Assembly: GCA_963674825.1 (NCBI GenBank)
Contig: OY771587.1
Coordinates: 320,001 to 384,000 of the forward strand
DNA: 64,000 nt
Direction of reading: 5' to 3'
From: Candidatus Cloacimonadales bacterium
GTDB taxonomy: Bacteria; Cloacimonadota; Cloacimonadia; Cloacimonadales; JAIOQZ01
Shown: one piece after another, positions 58,556 through 64,000 of the stretch
Layout: every line of letters starts with the position of its first letter
How positions within the stretch are numbered: position 1 is the stretch's first letter
The notes under the pieces: model-generated
Database searches by the model: none
What the model was told of the DNA's origin: nothing
Seen by the model: only the letters and a program-made list of their open reading frames with translations
Position numbers and translations under genes: made by a program

Positions 58556-60904
58556 ATGTTTCTTAACTACTTAAAAATTGCATTCCGCAATCTGTTCCAG
58601 CATAAGTTCTATACGATCGTTAATATCTTTGGCCTGGCTTTTGGGCTATCCATATCGATCATTATCGGAACCTGGATATGGCAAACCTTTAATCACGATA
58701 CGTTTCACGAAAATTACGATCGCATTTACAGAGTCTATGAATCCCAACACTACGAAGGCAGAGACGTCTTCTACACGACGGCGACACCCGGTCCTCTTGC
58801 GAAAACGCTGGAAGAAGATTTTCCTGAAATCGAAAAGGCGATAGCTGTCGCGAATATTTACCAGAAATATCCCGTCAGACAAGGCGATACAGTGTTTATG
58901 GAACGCAGTATAATCTGTGCTGACGAAGGACTCTTCGATATTTTTACGTTTAATTTCGTTGAAGGTAATCCCGAAACAGCTCTGCATGAACCCAAAACTG
59001 CGGTACTCACTCAATCTTCAGCCCGAAAATATTTCGGGGATCAAAATCCGCTTGGGAAAGCCCTCAACTTCAATAACGAAATTGAGATAAAGGTCGTCGG
59101 TGTAGTTGAGGACATGCCTGATAACGCAATGTATAACGTAGATATCATCTTGCCATTCGAGTCTGTTAAAGATTTGTCTCAGTCCATACTTGACGATTGG
59201 GCTTATAACTCATTCCAAACTTATGTCCTGCTCTCACCTGAAGCAGACCCGACCCAGGTTGAAAGCAAGATTACAGGCGTAATCAAGCAACATAATGAGA
59301 ATTCGGCATGCATGCTGCATCTGCTGCACATCAGTAGAATCGACCTTTATAATCTGGACGGCAGCGAATTGAAGATGCAATATATCCGCATTTTCGGTAT
59401 CATAGCGACCTTCATCATCCTGATCGCCTGCATCAACTTCATGAACCTCTCCACTGCAAGATCGACTCTGCGCGCAAGAGAAGTTGGACTCCGCAAAGTT
59501 GCTGGAGCTAAAAAAATACAACTGATCGGGCAATTCTATATTGAATCTTACCTTACAGTCGTCATCGCGCTCGTCTTCGCACTGGTATTGGCTTCCCTTT
59601 TCCTGTACCTGTTTAATCAGCGATCCGGCTTTACGATGGAGAGCCCGTATCATTACCCCTTATTCATTCCGGTTCTACTGCTGTTCACGCTGGTTGTCGG
59701 CGCACTATCCGGAATTTATCCGGCACTGGCGCTATCTTCTTTCAAGCCGGTCGTTACCCTGAAGGGATCACGGCTGCAATCCGGTAAATCGCTGCTACGC
59801 AAGCTACTGGTCGTGCTTCAATTTACCCTTTCCATAGGGCTGATCATTTCTACGCTGGTTATCTACAGACAGATCAGATTTTTGCAGCATAAAGACCTCG
59901 GATACGACAAAGAGAATGTTATCATCGCGGAACTCCCCAAAGGAGGCGCTGATTTAATTGATCTTCTTCGACAGAAGCTCGGCGAAGATCCTGGCGTTCA
60001 GGCTGTTTCCGCAGGAAGCGACACCCCATCCAACGTTGGATCGTCCACTTCCAGCGTCAATTGGGAGGGGAAACCGGAAAACGAAACCTTTCTCATCAAT
60101 ATCGCACTGTATGACTATGATTTCTTCAAGACATTCGGTATCAATATGGTTAGCGGCCGGGAGTTCGAACCCGGTCACGGCGAAGAAGTTTACGAATACG
60201 TTATCAATGAATCCATGGCAAAGCTGGTCGGATACGATCACCCTGTTGGAGAACGAATCGACCTATGGGGGATGGATGGGACGATCGTTGGTGTTTGCCG
60301 GGATTTCATATTCAATGGATTCCAATACAAAGTAGAGCCTGCTATTTTCATCAGGATTCCGCAATACTTCACACGTTGCTTTATCCGGCTTGCTCCTGGT
60401 GATCAGACCGCTACCATCGAACGAATCAAGAATGTCTGGAACGAGATCAGCCCCGATTTCCCGTTCGAGATGCAGTACTTTGATCAGCAGCTGAACTATT
60501 TCTTCCGTTCAACTGTCGCTATCGGTAAACTTTTCATGATCTTCACCATTATCGCAGTGGTGATTTCCTGCCTCGGGCTGTTCGGGCTGGCATCGTTCCT
60601 AACCGTTCAGCGCACAAAAGAAATCGGTATCCGCAAGACTCTCGGCGCATCGATCGGAAACGTTATCGTGCTGCTGGGTATGGACTTCATCAAATGGGTG
60701 ATTATCGGTAATGTGATCGCGATTCCACTGGCATGGCTCGCGATGCGCGGGTGGCTGTCGAATTATGCCTATCACACCGAATTGCACCCGTTGATCTTCA
60801 TCGCAGCAAGCTTGTTATCGTTAATGATTGCGGCCCTCACTGTAACCTGGCAGTCAGTTGCAGTTGCGCGTATGAATCCTGTGAAAACCTTGAAATACGA
60901 GTAG
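58556..60904 (+). CDS. MacB/FtsX-type ABC permease (duplicated architecture)
   Basis: NYLKIAFRNL, ACINFMNLSTARS..RAREVGLRK, QRTKEIGIRK, NPVKTLKYE. Confidence 0.93.
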   Translation: MFLNYLKIAFRNLFQHKFYTIVNIFGLAFGLSISIIIGTWIWQTFNHDTFHENYDRIYRVYESQHYEGRDVFYTTATPGPLAKTLEEDFPEIEKAIAVANIYQKYPVRQGDTVFMERSIICADEGLFDIFTFNFVEGNPETALHEPKTAVLTQSSARKYFGDQNPLGKALNFNNEIEIKVVGVVEDMPDNAMYNVDIILPFESVKDLSQSILDDWAYNSFQTYVLLSPEADPTQVESKITGVIKQHNENSACMLHLLHISRIDLYNLDGSELKMQYIRIFGIIATFIILIACINFMNLSTARSTLRAREVGLRKVAGAKKIQLIGQFYIESYLTVVIALVFALVLASLFLYLFNQRSGFTMESPYHYPLFIPVLLLFTLVVGALSGIYPALALSSFKPVVTLKGSRLQSGKSLLRKLLVVLQFTLSIGLIISTLVIYRQIRFLQHKDLGYDKENVIIAELPKGGADLIDLLRQKLGEDPGVQAVSAGSDTPSNVGSSTSSVNWEGKPENETFLINIALYDYDFFKTFGINMVSGREFEPGHGEEVYEYVINESMAKLVGYDHPVGERIDLWGMDGTIVGVCRDFIFNGFQYKVEPAIFIRIPQYFTRCFIRLAPGDQTATIERIKNVWNEISPDFPFEMQYFDQQLNYFFRSTVAIGKLFMIFTIIAVVISCLGLFGLASFLTVQRTKEIGIRKTLGASIGNVIVLLGMDFIKWVIIGNVIAIPLAWLAMRGWLSNYAYHTELHPLIFIAASLLSLMIAALTVTWQSVAVARMNPVKTLKYE

Positions 60905-60913
60905 GAGCCGTCA

Positions 60914-61954
60914 ATAAAACGTACGCTGATCCTGCTGCTGTTGCTAAGCGCAATATTGCTTCATGCCCGTCCTGACGACGGCTTGAAAAAAATCGACGCG
61001 ATTCTGGAGGACTCCCTTGCTGTGTGGTGTGAAGGGAAGATCACTTACCCTGCCGAATACGCTCTAATACGCGTATTCAAGCTCGAACAACGATGCGATA
61101 TTTGGGCCAGAAACGACTCCATGAGCACCATGCAATTGATTCACTCTGTTCCCATCTGCGATATGGACTTCCTGCCCGGACCCAAGCTCAAGCGTGGTGA
61201 TCTAATAACACCGGAAGGAATTTATTGGAGCTATCAGGTCAGCTACACGAAAAATCCATCCATGTGGATCAACCTCGAAGACGGCCATATCGATGACGAG
61301 AACAAAATCGGAACTGGCTATCTGCTCAAGCTATGCCTCAATTACCCCGATCCAATCGACAACCTGCGAACCCGTGAAATTGGCAGTCGCGATGCCGGCG
61401 GCCCTATATGCTTGCACGGAAATTGCCATTCCGAAGGCTGTGTATCCTACAAGAACCGGGATTTTCTGCCGGTCTTCGCTTTTATGATGCACCACAACGC
61501 CGAAGAATACGGTGCCATGCAAGTGCAGCTCTACCCGTTCGATTTCAGCGCCTACCCTCCCGAAGCCTGGGAGAAACTTCTGCCTGAGTATATCCATCGC
61601 TGGCGTTTTCCCAAAAAACGTCTCTTCATCCTATGGGAGAATCTCGCGTTTGCCGATTCACTCTTTAAAAGCAATCTCAACCGTGTTCGATACGATGAAT
61701 CTGGTGTCTTCCAGAAAGGATACGGATGCCCTCAGATCAAGGAACTCAAGAAATGGCTGAAGGATAATCATGGTTATTCCAGCGAAATCGATTGCTGGTA
61801 CGACGGAAGCCTCGAAGAGGCGATCAGAGCCTTCCAGAAGAAGAGCAGAATCGAAGTGGACGGCAAGATTGGACCCCAAACAATTAAAACACTGAAGAAA
61901 GCTGGATTTACAATCTACCCAGAACGACAATACAAAAAAAACAGCAAGAATTAA
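60914..61954 (+). CDS. YafK/DpaA-like L,D-transpeptidase-fold protein with C-terminal PG-binding domain
   Basis: IRVFK, GPK...GD..TPEG.Y, LNYP, ICLHGNCHSEGC; AIRAFQ..IEVDGKIGPQT; start placed at ATA 60914 after AGGAG. Confidence 0.8.
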   Translation: MKRTLILLLLLSAILLHARPDDGLKKIDAILEDSLAVWCEGKITYPAEYALIRVFKLEQRCDIWARNDSMSTMQLIHSVPICDMDFLPGPKLKRGDLITPEGIYWSYQVSYTKNPSMWINLEDGHIDDENKIGTGYLLKLCLNYPDPIDNLRTREIGSRDAGGPICLHGNCHSEGCVSYKNRDFLPVFAFMMHHNAEEYGAMQVQLYPFDFSAYPPEAWEKLLPEYIHRWRFPKKRLFILWENLAFADSLFKSNLNRVRYDESGVFQKGYGCPQIKELKKWLKDNHGYSSEIDCWYDGSLEEAIRAFQKKSRIEVDGKIGPQTIKTLKKAGFTIYPERQYKKNSKN

Positions 61955-62027
61955 ACCCCGGAAATCTACGAAACCAGTCTTGACAAATGAATCGACTTTT
62001 GCACCATGGTTCGTAAAGGAGATAATT

Positions 62028-63725
62028 ATGGCAACACGGTACCTTATCATCGGTGGCGCTGCTGCGGGCCCCAAAACCGCTGCGAAGATCAGACGTCTTG
62101 ATGAATCGGCTGAAATTACCCTGATTCAAAAAGGCTCATATATGTCCATGGCATCCTGTGGATACCCATATTTTATCGGTGGAATGTTCGATGAAAAAGA
62201 AAAACTCGTCTGCACACCAACCGGTGCCCCGCGCAACGAGGCATTCTTCCAGAACGCGAAGAAAGTGAAAGCGCGTACCAACACCGAAGCGATCAACATC
62301 AATCCCGAGAAAAAACTCGTGACCGTTCGCTCGCTCGCAACCGGCGAGACAGAAGATATCCCCTACGACAAGCTCATGCTTGCTGTGGGCGCGTCTCCCA
62401 TCAAACCGCCTATCCCAGGCATTGACCAGGAAAACATCACCACCCTGCACGATATCAACAATGCCCTCTTCATCAAAGAAAAGGTTAAAAGCGGCAACAT
62501 CAAGAAAGCCGTGATCATCGGCGGTGGACTCATCGGTATCGAAACTGCCGAGGCCTTCGCTCTCGCGGGGATCAATGTCACTGTGGTGGAGAAACTTCCG
62601 TACATCCTGCCCTTCCTTGATCCAGAGATGGCCCTGACCGTCCAGAATCACTTACACCAGAAAGGCGCGCGTGTCATCACCGGCGTCGCAGCCATGGGAT
62701 TCCTCGGCGACGGTAAAGTTACCGGCGTGAAGCTTGATAACGGCGAAGAACTCGAAGCTGATTTCGTGGTCGTCTCCATCGGCGTGAAGCCCAACAACGA
62801 ACTCGCAAAAACCGCCGGACTTAAGCTCGGCGTCAAAGGCGCGATCAGTGTCAATAATTTCATGCAGACAAGCAACCCGGATATCTTCGCTGCTGGCGAC
62901 TGTGTGGAAGTTACAGATCTGGTCACCTTCAATAAAATCCACTGGCCTATGGGCGATGCCGCGAACCTCCAGGGACGCGTCGCAGCGCAGAATATGGTTC
63001 TCGGTAACCGCACAGAATACGAAGGTGCGGTTATGACTGGCATCTGCAAAGTGTTCGACTATGCGGCTGGTAGCGTGGGCCTCTCCGAAACCCGTGCACG
63101 TCAGGAAGGCTACAGCAATATCATGACCGCTATTCACGCCGCCCCGGACAAACCAGGCTTCATGGGCGGAAAGCTTATAATCATCAAGCTTGTGGCAGAT
63201 AAATCCACGGGCAAACTCCTCGGAATGCAGGCGGCAGGCCCCGGTGATGTCTCCAAGCGTCTCGCAATCGGTGCAATGGCGCTTCACAACTGCATGCACG
63301 TTCACCAACTGGTGAACCTCGATCTTCCCTATGCACCGCCATTCTCCCAAGCGCTCGATGGATTCATTACCGCTGTACATGTACTCGAAAACAAGCTTCT
63401 CAATCGCATGGACGGCATCAGTTCAATGGAACTCAAGGACATGCTGGATAAAGGCGAAGAGAAACCCTTCCTGCTGGATGTTCGCGGTCTGGACGAATTC
63501 GAACAGATGCGGCTTGATCGCGGCGAAACGTTGATCCCGCTCGGTAAGCTTCGCAACGAACTCGATAAACTCCCGCAAGACAAGAATGCGTTGATCGTCA
63601 CCTGGTGTAAGATCTCGCTCCGCGGCTACGAAGCTTCCTGTATCCTCCGTGGTAACGGTTACACCAACGTCAAGGTACTCGAAGGCGGATTGATGTCCTG
63701 GCCTTTTCAGATGACAAAGAAGTGA
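62028..63725 (+). CDS. CoA-disulfide reductase-like flavoprotein with C-terminal rhodanese domain
   Basis: SMASCGYPY active Cys, GGGLIGIE, FAAGD, YAPPFS, LDVR, rhodanese CKISLRG. Confidence 0.9.
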   Translation: MATRYLIIGGAAAGPKTAAKIRRLDESAEITLIQKGSYMSMASCGYPYFIGGMFDEKEKLVCTPTGAPRNEAFFQNAKKVKARTNTEAININPEKKLVTVRSLATGETEDIPYDKLMLAVGASPIKPPIPGIDQENITTLHDINNALFIKEKVKSGNIKKAVIIGGGLIGIETAEAFALAGINVTVVEKLPYILPFLDPEMALTVQNHLHQKGARVITGVAAMGFLGDGKVTGVKLDNGEELEADFVVVSIGVKPNNELAKTAGLKLGVKGAISVNNFMQTSNPDIFAAGDCVEVTDLVTFNKIHWPMGDAANLQGRVAAQNMVLGNRTEYEGAVMTGICKVFDYAAGSVGLSETRARQEGYSNIMTAIHAAPDKPGFMGGKLIIIKLVADKSTGKLLGMQAAGPGDVSKRLAIGAMALHNCMHVHQLVNLDLPYAPPFSQALDGFITAVHVLENKLLNRMDGISSMELKDMLDKGEEKPFLLDVRGLDEFEQMRLDRGETLIPLGKLRNELDKLPQDKNALIVTWCKISLRGYEASCILRGNGYTNVKVLEGGLMSWPFQMTKK

Positions 63726-63747
63726 TCCATAATCGATAAAAAAATAG

Positions 63748-63776
63748 AACGCCCTGCATTTACAGGGCGTTTTTTT
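63748..63776 (+). terminator. Intrinsic terminator
   Basis: AACGCCCTG..CAGGGCGTTTTTTT. Confidence 0.85.
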
Positions 63777-63973
63777 ACACAGATACATAATTAATTGTAT
63801 TAATTTAATACTTTAAAGGTCATCATCATCTCCTGTCTGCATATCAATGATTTTTCCGATTATTTAATACTTGACACAACCTTCTTTTTTTACCTACACT
63901 TGCATTAAGCAATAGATACTCACCCGATATTCAGCAATGAAGAAATAATGGACATTAACTCTTTGGAGGTTGT

Positions 63974-64000
63974 ATGCGAACTTTGTGCTTGATGTTGCTT
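63974..64000 (+). CDS. Start of a probable secreted protein (runs off the window)
   Basis: GGAGG RBS, then MRTLCLMLL. Confidence 0.5.

Noticed and set aside
1..64000. rRNA, tRNA, IS transposase or integrase genes
   Set aside because: None was recognised by eye; tRNAscan-SE, Infernal and ISEScan were not run.

Overview
Bacterial chromosomal window of moderate GC. It is most consistent with Candidatus Cloacimonadota; this is inferred from four secreted proteins ending in the PNPFNP...K-LLLK FlgD-Ig/T9SS-like C-terminal domain, an rnfCDGEAB operon and an anaerobe-type gene set. Most of it is housekeeping or metabolic: ade, rlmD, a DEAD-box helicase, era-holA-uppP, rnf, sppA, wecB plus fnlABC, a TonB receptor, htpG with a CIRCE box, malQ, and a CoA-disulfide reductase-rhodanese. 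No rRNA, tRNA, CRISPR array, transposase or integrase was recognised. The unusual parts are: (1) a family of REP-like hairpins with compensatory stem changes at five intergenic loci, where one inverted pair brackets an AT-rich orphan GIY-YIG nuclease gene with its own promoter and another hairpin sits inside a 43-bp duplication of a gene 3' end; (2) a ~1 kb foreign-looking patch with a 20-22 bp phased TGCCA-N6-TGGCA array, a phage tail-fibre-like ORF and GAA-loop hairpins; (3) a BtrH-like/ABC/ACP/hydrolase operon resembling part of flexirubin/DAR clusters but lacking synthases; (4) an ErcA-ErcS-like ADH/multi-PAS kinase pair; (5) an SppA with a barrel-like N-terminus; (6) an apparent AUA start codon. 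All calls come from reading motifs by eye; no searches were run.
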